A DNA stretch of 64,000 bases from Octopus sinensis (lineage: Eukaryota). The first letter of the stretch is position 1. Every line of letters begins with the position of its first letter. The notes beneath the pieces were generated by a model. It did not search any database and was not told where the DNA came from. It was given only the letters and a program-made list of their open reading frames with translations. Made by a program: the position numbers and the translations under genes. The DNA is taken from positions 40,920,001 to 40,984,000 of the forward strand of contig NC_042998.1 of assembly GCF_006345805.1 (NCBI RefSeq). The letters run 5' to 3'. Shown one piece after another: positions 52,261 to 63,088 of the stretch.

Positions 52261-53030
52261 AATCAAACCAAATCAACATCAGTGGAAATTGCAGCTGTGG
52301 TTAAGCGAACCATCCGATCATTTGTCCATTGCCAGCCTCGCCTGGCCCCCGTGCCGTTGGCACGTAAAAGCACCATCCCCTTGTGTCCATTGCCAGCCTC
52401 GCCTGGCCCCCGTGCTGGTAGCGCGTAAAAGCACCATCCGCTCATGTCCGTTGCCAGCCTCGCCTGGCCCCTGTGCCGGTAGCACGTAAAAGCACCATCC
52501 GCTCATGTCTGTTGCCAGCCTCGCCTGGCCCCCGTGCCGGTAGCACGTAAAAGCACCATCCGCTCGTGTCCGTTGCCAGCCTCGCCTCGCCCCCGTGCCG
52601 GTAGCACGTAAAAGCACCATCCGCTCGTGTCCGTTGCCAGCCTCGCCTGGCCCTCGTGCCGTTGGCACGTAAAAGCACCATCTGCTCGTGTCCGTTGCCA
52701 GCCTCACCTGGCCCCTGTGCCGGTAGCACGTAAAAGCACCATCCGTTCGTGTCCGTTGCCAGCCTCGCCTGGCCCCCGTGCCAGTGACACGAAAAAAACA
52801 CCATCCGTTCGTGGCCGTTTACCAGCTCTGTCTGGCACCTGTGCAGGTGGCATGTAAAATGCACCCACTACACTCACGGAGTGGTTGGTGTTAGGAAGGG
52901 CATCCAGCCGTAGAAACACTGCCAAATCTGACTGGGCCTGATGAAGCCTTCCGGCTTCACAGACCCCAGTTAAACTGTCCAACCCATGCTAGCATGGAAA
53001 ACGGACGCTAAATGATGATGATGATGATGA

Positions 53031-53034
<4 letters not shown>
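52261..53034 (+). mobile_element. Young RTE 3' UTR fragment with nine 61-bp units and an (ATG)n tail
   Basis: Begins with the AATCAAACCAAATCAACATCAGTGGAA module also found in the 2.3-3.4 kb UTR; ends in the same tail as 3749-3921. Confidence 0.9.
52309..52862 (+). repeat. 61-bp GC-rich minisatellite, 9 copies
   Basis: ACCATC starts at 52309, 52372, 52433, 52494, 52555, 52616, 52677, 52738 and 52800. Confidence 0.95.

Positions 53035-53094
<60 letters not shown>
53033..53094. repeat. (AT)n microsatellite between the RTE tail and the Helitron 3' end
   Basis: Directly visible. Confidence 0.97.
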
Positions 53095-53098
<4 letters not shown>

Positions 53099-53099
53099 A

Positions 53100-54363
53100 C
53101 TAGCAGAGATCCCCGGCATTGCTTAGGATTAAAATGGCATAGTTTGTATATATACATTACAGTTAGTTTGAAGCAAGTGACATGAGAAAGTGCTGCATTG
53201 ACAACAAAACATTTGTGGAGTAAATGTTGGGCTAATATGACTAAGCAACATGCTATGCATCTGTTTGGAGTATTTCAGGCCCTAACCTGTCATGGAAAAT
53301 TGTGGGGTGGTGCTTATGTAATTTTTGAATGCACTGCAAAGATGTCAGTGGATATACTCTCTTTTGCAGCAGTTGGCACTGTCTAACATGACCCATCATC
53401 TGAAATTTTGACACCTCCTTTAGGTTTGTTGTCCTGCATCACTCATAAAGTAAATTTGGAGGAACTGTGGTTGTTCATTTGTGGGTAACAGGGAACCAAT
53501 GAGGTGATAGACTTACCCTTGAACTTTGACGTCAGCATAAATTCATGTTTAACCATCTTCTTAGATGCAGTAAACGATGTCATTTGAAATGCAGAGTTGT
53601 ATTGTCTGATATTGTTCAGAAAATCCTTTGACTGGGTGGAAGTGCCTTCTAGAAGATCCATAAGAGGTTGAGAAGGAGCTGGTACTGCTGGCAATGTTAC
53701 CTGACCACCTGAGCAGCACATACCATTTGTTTCATTTGAAAATTTTAAACCTCTACAGAAACAACAATTTGTTTAGCACACCAATTTAGACAGTTATCAT
53801 TTTTGTAAGAATGGGATGGAACATATCTGAAAACAGCTTCAGGAGTTGTGAAGAACAAATTTGTATGTAGTCTCTTTCTGAGAGCTATTCTATTGGACCT
53901 CTGTCTAATCATTAAAACATCGATTTAATGATCTGGCATTAAGTACTGCAGCATGCGTTTGCTGATCTTGGAGAAGTCTCATCTCCCTTCTCTCTCTTGA
54001 GACTCCATCTGACATGCTGCAGCATGCCTTTGCTAATCTTGAGAAAATCTCATCTCGCTTCTGTCTTCAGACTCTCACCTTCAGTTTTCTACACTCCTCC
54101 TTGCTTCATACTTGTTTTTGGAGAGATTACATCTTTTCTTTGGGATATTTTTTCAATATTGTAAACAAAAAATTATGAACGTAGAAAAAATTGTACATTA
54201 ATCCCTATTTTTGTAAGCAGTTGTATGTATGTAGTATGCTTTTATTTCTGTATGCAGTATAAATTAACCAAATAGAAGCACATGTATGAACTACTAATTT
54301 AATGGTAAATGCTACAATAATTATTATAGATAAATTTTTTAATATATATTTATCAAGCACATG
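53100..54363 (-). mobile_element. Internally deleted, decayed Helitron (3' terminus plus N-terminal pseudo-ORF)
   Basis: Minus-strand 3' end CCTAAGCAATGCCGGGGATCTCTG-CTAG-T, homologous to 21154-21182. Pseudo-ORF CCFCRGLKFSNETNGMCCSGGQVTLP..FLNNIRQYNSAFQMTSF..KVQG*VYHLIGSLLP..PQFLQIYF. The 5' boundary is uncertain and may include the palindrome arm. Confidence 0.82.
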
Positions 54364-54838
54364 AATAAATGAATAATTTACATCCTAATGTGAACAACAT
54401 TACACGTCAGCAACTTTCCATCTTTATGGCCACCACAGCAGAATGGTGTGTTAGTGTATGTGTTGACTGACATAACGAACAGCTGGAGGTGAAACTCTTT
54501 GACAAAAAACAATTTTACCGTTCAATTACCTGTTAATAACTATTGCAACAGTTGCAAGGTATTTAGTTACATATTTCCCCTTAAATTAACATTAAAAGTT
54601 CAAGGGTAAATGTTAATTTAAGGGGAAATATGTAACTAAATACCTTGCAACTGTTGCAATAGTTATTAACAGGTAATTGAACGGTAAAATTGTTTTTTGT
54701 CAAAGAGTTTCACCTCCAGCTGTTCGTTATGTCAGTCAACACATACACTAACACACCATTCTGCTGTGGTGGCCATAAAGATGGAAAGTTGCTGACGTGT
54801 AATGTTGTTCACATTAGGATGTAAATTATTCATTTATT
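54364..54838. repeat. Perfect inverted repeat: 230-bp arms (54364-54593, 54609-54838) with a 15-nt loop
   Basis: Manual base-by-base comparison found no mismatches between the arms; loop AAAAGTTCAAGGGTA. Confidence 0.97.
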
Positions 54839-55710
54839 TCAAATATAATAGAAATTAGATGATCTTAATGCTATCATATTAGAATTAAAAGTAAAAGAAT
54901 GAAAGTGAAACAATATTATAGCCTTAACACATGAAAGACTGGCAGTTGGCTATGTGTGCAAGTCTCCTATGTGTCACCAGCGCTGTCCAAAAGAAAAGGC
55001 TGCTGCTTTAGAGCTGATACAGCTTGGCATCAGTCATTTCAAGTATTGCTCTCAGAACACAAGCACCCAGAGAGATACAACAAGGTATTATGTCTGATTC
55101 TGTAACAGTCCTTCCAATTGACAGTTTGCAAGTGGAATATTTTTGTTAACTTGAATGGATGAATAAAAGTTAACTTCACCTCAGCAAGATTTGAACACAG
55201 ACCACAATGATTTGGAACAGAATGCCACCAGGCATTCTATTCAATGCCAGTTTGCTATTTTAATGTATCCTGAAATTATCTTTGATAAGTAAACGTTTAG
55301 TTTTACAGAATAACATCTATTTGTGAAATTTTCTATAATGCATCTTTCATAAATAAATTTGGCTAAATTATTTTAATTATAATTTCATCACTTTTTAAAA
55401 GTATTTTCTTGAAAATATGAAGGAACTGAAACTAAATTAGAATTTCTTAAGTTAATATTGCAAAACTTCCTACTTAAATCCCATTTTTCTATTAAGTTGC
55501 TTTAACCCAATTTAGTCGCTTATTCTTGCCTTTCTTTGAGAATGTAGCACTCCTACACAAAACTGACTTTTACTGGTTCAAGGTTGTTCTTAAATCCCAC
55601 CAGGACTGTCTTCACTTGAGACATTTTTTTTATTAAGCAAATAAAATAAATTAAAATGTGCCCTTTTTTCTTTAGAAAGGTAACGTGAATGATTTTGTTT
55701 TTTTAAACAG

Positions 55711-55791
55711 AAAAGAGAAAGAGGCTGTTTGCGGGTTCATCACATCAATAATGTTAATCGTGCCTTATATATTCTTGAAAAAAATTATAAT
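55711..55791 (+). CDS. DMD: Dystrophin exon (human exon 4 equivalent): KRERGCLRVHHINNVNRALYILEKNYN
   Basis: ttttaaacag acceptor and gtaagt donor; 81 nt, phase 0-0; matches PKEKGSTRVHALNNVNKALRVLQNNN. Confidence 0.92.
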
Positions 55792-56988
55792 GTAAGTAAT
55801 TATATTTAGCTATACATTTTCCTGATGTTGACATAACTAAATATTTCTAACAACTTTAATTCTCCAATTTTACATTATTTCTGTTCTTTAATTTGTGAAT
55901 TTCCATTTTTTATGATCTTACAATGAAAGCCTATTGTTTTATAACTTGTATTGGTAGCATTTAGACATTGTTAATTGATATTAATATGGAACACACACAG
56001 ACGCATAATCTTGCTTATATTCACCCTCGACTGTGTTCACATTATCCATCTCTGGCTAGTTGCCTATATACTGCCTATATACAGCATATACTGGGATGGA
56101 ATGGAATGGATACTGATACATTTGTTTTGGAAAATTGTACCATTCTTTTCTACAATCTAAACTTAAGATAGTTCAGTTGTAATTTTAAGTAAAATGATCT
56201 TCCTGCTATTTGCTATTCTAATGCATTTAGAATTTTGATGTACTGACATTCAACTGTTAAGTTAAAAACTATGGGCTGCTCACATGGGGTGTTAATAAAT
56301 TCTGCCAGTTTGGTGAGGGACTTTATGAAAGTCAAGTGGCTAAAATGTGAATGGCAAAAAAAGTTCTGATAACTGCTATTTCTATTAAGTAAGGGCTTTC
56401 AAAATCACTAAGCCATCTGTTGAAATAATTGTGTTATCAAATCTCCTTCAATATGCTTCGGACAGCTTAGAATAAGAGGCATATTTAAGTCCATAAGTTT
56501 AAAAAATGTGCTCAAATATTACATGGAAGTGACAAGAATACTTATCTGACCAATTGGCTAACTGGACATTTCAGGAAAGCCTATGTAGAGTATTTAACCT
56601 ATAAGTTCTTAAAAGTTTAATCAGCTATATATGTAGCTATGGCTGTTCAAATGCTATAAGAAATGGTTTCTATGTATATAAAAAGCAAGTTATATGAAAC
56701 ATGACTGTAAGTGAGAACAATTGATTTGGGGTCAAATTTTACAATCTATTGGGTATGTAATAATAATTTATTGAGTGCATATTGAGAAAATAACCTGACA
56801 TGTATTGGATATGCTAGGAGAAAAATGCTGTGATGGAATCTATGTGTGGTCAAAATTGCTCATGGAATATGAGATTGCTTAGAATTAATATGTATGGAGA
56901 CATGTTTTCATTTCCCTTTTACTACTGATATATATCTAATATATTCATAACAGTAAACCATGACTTTGTTTTGTTTTATTATTTCCAG

Positions 56989-57081
56989 ATAAAACTTGTA
57001 AATATTAGTAGTAATGATATTGTGGATGGCAACTGTAAATTGATTCTGGGTTTGGTATGGAGCATTATTGTTCATTGGCAG
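56989..57081 (+). CDS. DMD: Dystrophin exon (human exon 5 equivalent): [31 protein letters not shown]
   Basis: atttccag acceptor and gtaact donor; 93 nt, phase 0-0. The HWQ-VK junction is typical of dystrophin/utrophin rather than spectrin, nesprin or plakin CH domains. Confidence 0.95.
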
Positions 57082-57249
57082 GTAACTACTTCTCTACTAA
57101 TTCTTAGATGTTTTCTTGTTGATTTGTAATTGATTTAGTATCTTTATTTTCTTGCAAAAGAATTTCTGACTACTGACATAAGTCTTATAAGTTCAAACTA
57201 AAATCAGTGAAATACCTAAAGATTAAATATACAGGATCAAATATAATAT

Positions 57250-57460
57250 TGGTTTCAAATTTTGGCAGAAGGCCAGCAATTTTGGAGGTTGGGGTAAGTC
57301 AATTACATCGACCCCAGTACTCAATTGGTTCTTATTTTATTGACCCTGAAAGGATGAAAGTCAAAGTGGGTCTTGTTGGAATTTGAACTCAGAGCATAGA
57401 TGGACAAAATGTCTTTAAGCATTTTGCCTGACATACTAATGATTCTGCTAGTTCAACACT
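57250..57460 (-). mobile_element. tRNA-derived SINE, same family as 40995-41212
   Basis: TATTGGTTTCAAATTTTGGC..GACCCTGAAAGGATGAAAG..ATTTGAACTCAG. Confidence 0.72.
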
Positions 57461-59192
57461 CTAGAATCAGATGTAATATCAAAATAAAAAATTGTAGGAC
57501 TAATATGTGTTTTGTGCATAGCTGAAAATTAAGACTTTATAGGGGTAATTAATAGGAAATTTGTGAAGCAATGATTATCATAGACTTACACAATTCTCAT
57601 ATAGTTTTCATTATTAAAAATGTTGCTTCTGAAAGGCTGCAAAAGTTTGGAGTGTATTGTCTAAATCTAGTTATATCTGGATTAATTTTCTTCTTATGCA
57701 TTATACCTAAATCTTAGTTCAGAGATTTTTGTGATTTTTTAGACATTATCGTTGTATATTGGTATTTCTCATTATAAATCTATCCATTTTTCTTATCCAT
57801 AACCATCTCTTTTCTCTACCAGCATCTTTTTTAATTAAATACATTATGATACTGATGTCCTGTTTAGCTCCTTATTATCCTCCTCCTTACAACTTTTATT
57901 TGAGCTTTGATATGCATCATCTCATCTCTTTGTTGAGAAATAGCAGTCTAGACTCATTTAAAAGGAATTACAGCAAAAACACAAGTGTTATTTTGAGGAG
58001 AGAGAACTTCATCCTCTCTTCACTTTTGGCTCCCAATTTCAAGAAATTTCATTCTTTATGTATGTTAGGATTTCTTATTTTCCTTCTTTATAAGGTATTC
58101 TTATATTGCCTCACTGCATCAGAAGAGACTTGGTTTTCTATTAATTTATGAATCAAGCAAAATCCAAATATTTGTTCCCCAAAATGCAATAGTGCAAAAC
58201 AAGAAAATAAAGTGTAATTAAAAATTATAAGTTACATCTAGGTGGTGTCAAGTATGTAAATTTATCTAAAGGTGTGACATTGAGGTTAACTTTAATAGCA
58301 TTTTGAAGGTAAATTATTATGTTGGTAAATAGGAGAGATGCTAATGAAATACAATAGCAATAATTCAGTTATTTTTGAATAGTGAATTTGAAGGTGTTGG
58401 CTTTGACTTAAAATATGTCAGTCAATTGAAAGTAGCAAAGCATAATTACATAAACTTGTTAGTACTATTAATTACCCAGTGCTTCCCTATCACTAGATGA
58501 AGGATAGTGTGGTTAATTTTTGAAGATATCTGCTATAATTGCAATAAAGTTAGAAAGATTTCTGCACCTAGATTTTCTTGATAGTTGTAACCAGAAAGGA
58601 TTTAACTATCTTCATAAAGTGTATTTTTTGGTGCGTGTTGACATTTGAAACTCTACTTAAATGATAATTAAAACACTGTCTTCAAAGGTATAATATTTTT
58701 CTTGTGAAAATTTATTTTAGAAATATAAAAGAAAATGAAAAGCAAATGCGCAGTATCTTTTGCACCTAAATTATTTTCTGTTTCTAAATATAACCTCTCT
58801 CTTTGAAGAGAGAGAATATAAAACTTATTTCATAACTAAACAGGTTTTATTTGCCATCTTATGTGAAAATCATATTTAGTAATTTTGAGATTGTGTTGAA
58901 GGGCCATATCATTAATTCTGCTACTCAACTGTTAATGTCTTATTTATTCCTTACATATGCATATTATTATTAGAATTATTGGATTTCATTTTCTGTGTAA
59001 AATGATGATGTCCAGAAGATGAAGAAAATGGATGGATTTGTAAATATCTACTTTTAGGAAAGTGTTGTTCGTTGATATGTGTGAAAATATGTTAAAAAGT
59101 ATACTGTTAAATATAAGTGATAGTTTTTGGTGTAATACTATAGTGTACAGATGCTAAAATCATGTAATCACAAGCTGTCTTTAAATTTGTAG

Positions 59193-59284
59193 GTCAAAGA
59201 TGTAATGAAAGATGCCATGGGAGAACTGCAACAATCAAACTTGGAACAAATGTTATTAGAATGGTGTAAAGAAATCACTAAAGA
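59193..59284 (+). CDS. DMD: Dystrophin exon (first part of human exon 6): VKDVMKDAMGELQQSNLEQMLLEWCKEITK(D)
   Basis: tttgtag acceptor and gtatgt donor; 92 nt, phase 0-2; matches [30 protein letters not shown]. Confidence 0.92.
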
Positions 59285-59758
59285 GTATGTATTTGGCATG
59301 TGACCTTAATGTGTTAAAAATGACATAATCTGTCTGTATAGTCTTCGTTTCTCTCTTTAAAGTAAAATGATATTTGGTAACTCTATCTAAAGATGTTATC
59401 TGTTGCAATATTTACATAATATTTGTAAATAGCTATGTGTCCATTTCATTATATGAAACATTACTTGTTGAAAGTTCAGAGAAATATTAAATCTTTTTAT
59501 ACTTCTTTCCTTAAAATTTTTTTATCACAAAGATTCATATATAAGTTTTGGTAATCTCAAGAGTAGCATAAAGAACTGATATTTTGTAACAGATATGTTG
59601 CAACGGAAGATTTTCATTAAGACTGGAAACATTTTATAATTGCTAGTTTTATTCACAAAAGAAAATGATATCCAGTAAAGAGTGTGAAATAAAGCAGTTT
59701 TGGAGTTGGATAATTGTACAAATTTAAATATTTGCATAACTTTATACCTTTTTTAAGT

Positions 59759-60033
59759 GGAAGCACATGGCCTAGTAGTTAGAGCAGTGGACTTGCGGTC
59801 GAGGGATCACGGGTTCAAATCTCAGACAGGGCGATGTGTGTGTTTATGAGCGAAACACCTAAGCTCCATGTGACTCCGGCAGAAAGTAATGGCAAACTTC
59901 TACTGAATCTTTCCTCCTGCATCTTGCAGCTCACCTGCGACAGACCAGTGTCCTGTCCAGGTGGGAAACCTATATGCCAAGGAAACCGGCCCTCTGAGCC
60001 AGGCATGGCTCGAGAAGGAACGAACAACAACAA
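59759..60033 (+). mobile_element. tRNA-derived SINE with intact Pol III A and B boxes and an (AAC)n tail
   Basis: A box TGGCCTAGTAGTTAG (59768-59782), B box GGTTCAAATC (59812-59821), unrelated body and AACAACAACAA tail. Confidence 0.8.
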
Positions 60034-61342
60034 TACCTTTTTAAAGCTATTTATTCAACTATACTGTTTATCTTTTTGGTTACAGTAGTTCTGATGGTTG
60101 TTTCGGGTAACTTTCAATTTGCTCTGCTTCTGCAGACCTATGGCACAGATTTTTGAATTAAAACATGGATTCACTCATCTCTTGCCCAATTAAATTTTTC
60201 ATTCTGTCATTTGAGCTTGAAGCTACTTACTTTTAAAATACAAATATGTATTCTATGTTCACTTTTTAATTAATACTATATAACTAATTTAATTGATGTA
60301 ATTTGTAAATCATAAATGAAGCTGCTAATTTGTTATTTAGATGGCATGTATGAATTAAGTGAATATCACTTCTTAGGCTTGAGGAACTGAAAAGCAAATC
60401 CACTTGAAACTTTGTGGTTAGTTAAAGTAAAGAAATATTTAGCAGTCAATGATTGCATAAACAAATGAATAAAATCTGTTGCTGTTATAACAGCAATAGA
60501 ACTTATACATTAACATATTCCATGAAGTCCAGTCTTAGTAACAAATTACTTCATAATATTAACTATTAGAAAGAGAGACTTGTTTTTTAACTCCTCCACA
60601 TTGAGCACTCCTGTTTTACCAACTCTTATTTATTAATGAATAAGCTATCAGAGTGTTTCCCTTGTGGATATTAATTAACAAGAAAATATATATTCACCTG
60701 ATCACACATCATTTTCACATATCCAAACCAACTTTTATTTTACAGTATTTGAGACAACTACTCAGGGTAACACCATAGAAAGATATTTTGCTTTTCTTTG
60801 AAATCATAAATTTGTGTAATAAATTCTAAAATATTCAGCTTTTTATGTATCCTTTCTTTTCTTATTTATATGCATGTTGAGTTGGCATCTCAACAAATTT
60901 TATATCAAGCTCCAAATTCTCTGTAAGCCTTTAAAAAACGAAACCTTAGAAATTAAAAAAAAAACCGAAAACTTAAAATCTTAAAAAACAAAAACTTAAA
61001 AAAAAAAAACCAAAAGCTTAAAAAAGAAGAAAGTGTTCCACAATTTTCTATATTGGTAAAGTATTTTGTTATTATGTTGCATTATAGTTAAGTTACTTAC
61101 TTTTTGAAGCTCTTTAAAACTACATGATCCTGTACAATAGAAACTATTTTGTTCAGCCATTTAGTATATTTACTTATTTTGTATTAATGTATATTCAACA
61201 AGTGATGGAGTTAATTAATGCATTCTTAATGATTAAATTATTAAGTACTACTGTTATGATATAGTTATTTTTTAACTATGAATATTGTATGTGGAATTTA
61301 TTCTAATAATACTTAGTGAACCAAAAAGGTTATGTTCAAGGT

Positions 61343-61844
61343 TGGTGGTTCTTCAGCTTTTGTAATTTAGTACCCTCTTTCACTAGATAGCATCTTACAA
61401 ATGACCTCTCAGCCTGTTTTTAAAACAGAAAGAAAAATCAAACTGAAGCTAATTTTGTTGTAGTTTATTATGAATATTTGCTTTCCTTATGCAGCATGTG
61501 CCTCTTTGTAAATATGTGTGGATTAATGCCTCTCGTGTTAAATTTTTTTCATTCATTAATTTTATTAAATAAGGCAAGGATTTATGTAATGAAATTATAT
61601 TGGAGTGGATGTATCTTCTGTCAAGTTTCTGTTCACTGATGATACACTGTTCTGTTCATATTTTAATCCCAACGGGTCTTTTTGAAAATGTGTTTAAAAT
61701 ATGAAAAATGTATTTACTTTAAATATTATATTTCTAAGAAAACCTTTCTAAATATTTAGTACATGTCATAACACTCCCTTTGTGAGCTCATAACACTACT
61801 AAAGGAGCAAGGGTGCATTCTACTGTTTTGGCTAAGAACCACTG
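61343..61844. mobile_element. Possible hAT (Charlie-like) MITE
   Basis: The right end GCTAAGAACCACTG matches a CAGTGGTTCT-type TIR; the left end TGGTGGTTCTTCAGC is degenerate; no clean TSD. Confidence 0.35.
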
Positions 61845-62424
61845 CTTTAGACATTAGGTATGCTATTTTAATTCTGAATCTTGTAGTAAACCCAGTATCA
61901 GTAATCAACAACAACTTGTCTGATCTACCAGTGTTAATGTTATTAAAGATTACATGTTGAAATATAAACAGTTCAATTTAAACTAATATCTTAAATCATT
62001 TTAAATAACATTTTTGACTTCATAATGCCTAGAATGTCATTCTTTTAAGATTTCAGTTGATATTCAAGAAGTAAATAAAAGTATGCAGTGTATGTGTTGA
62101 AATAATTTTAAGACAGAATATTGTAAAGCTTTTTAATCACCAGAGTAGACAAGTAGATGTTTTTTTCTTTGCTTTCTTTCAAATTAGTCTCATGAGTATT
62201 AAAATGTTATGAAAAGAAAAAAATTAGATGTACAGTTTCTTTTAGCTTGGGATAACTAGTGTATTGATTGAAGTTATTCTCTTGGACTATATCTGTCTTC
62301 AGCAGCCTCATTAGAGACATTTACAAATTACTATAAAATTATCATAAAAATTTATTTGATTAACCAACACAATTATGTTTGTTAACTATTTTGTTTCAAT
62401 CTCAGCTAATGAAATAGAATATTA

Positions 62425-62845
62425 AACATGACTGTGTGGTTGAGAATTTCACTTCCTAACTTTGTGGTTGGTTTTGCATTCAGTTCCACTGCACTGCACT
62501 CTTGGCAAGTGTCTTATATTATAACCTTGGGCTGACCAAATCCTTATGAGTGGATTTGGTTGATGGAAACTGAAAGAAAACTTATATATAATATATATGT
62601 ATGCATGTGTCTGTATTTTTATTTACATTTGCAATTGTTTGTATGAATGTGTGGTAACCAAGTTCTCCTGTCAATAAATCATCCAGGAACTTTGTTCCTC
62701 CTAAGCCATGTGAAATAAGTGACCCTTTACTTGGAACACAGGTAAGGATTAGCATCAGAGAGACATCTGGGTTGTAAAACAATGTGTCAAATAACATATT
62801 CATCAAACACATGCAAGCATGGAAAAATGGATGCAAAATGAATGA
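62425..62845 (+). mobile_element. tRNA-headed SINE with RTE-type 3' tail
   Basis: Decayed head (CATGACTGTGTGGTTGAGAA..TTCAGTTCCACTG), central GGCAAGTGTCTT..GGAAACTGAAAGAA and tail CACATGCAAGCATGGAAAAATGGATG. Confidence 0.65.
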
Positions 62846-63088
62846 ACTGCATATAGTTTTATTCCTGAAAAATAAATGGTTATTAAAAGAAAAATACCCT
62901 TTGATTGAATACTCAATAATTACAGATTGATGTCAAAGAAACTAATTGAATATATGAATAGTGGAATAAATGCAATGTTTAATTGAAGGTGTGAGAGTAA
63001 TAAGTAATGAATAAATCAAGGATATTATTTTTTCGGGTGACATTAGTTGTTAACTAATAATCTAATATATATTAATTTTGTTTTTCAG

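Noticed and set aside
52309-52862. Regular 61-bp array resembling a CRISPR repeat-spacer array
   Set aside because: The whole unit is repeated with no unique spacers, there are no cas genes, the context is eukaryotic, and the array is part of an RTE 3' UTR.
55676-55710. Alternative upstream acceptor (tttag at 55675) or 4-nt microexon AAAG
   Set aside because: A 35-nt extension shifts the frame, and a microexon would leave a 31-nt intron, which is too short.
59759-59830. tRNA gene
   Set aside because: It has A and B boxes but no complete cloverleaf or terminator, and it continues into a SINE body and tail.
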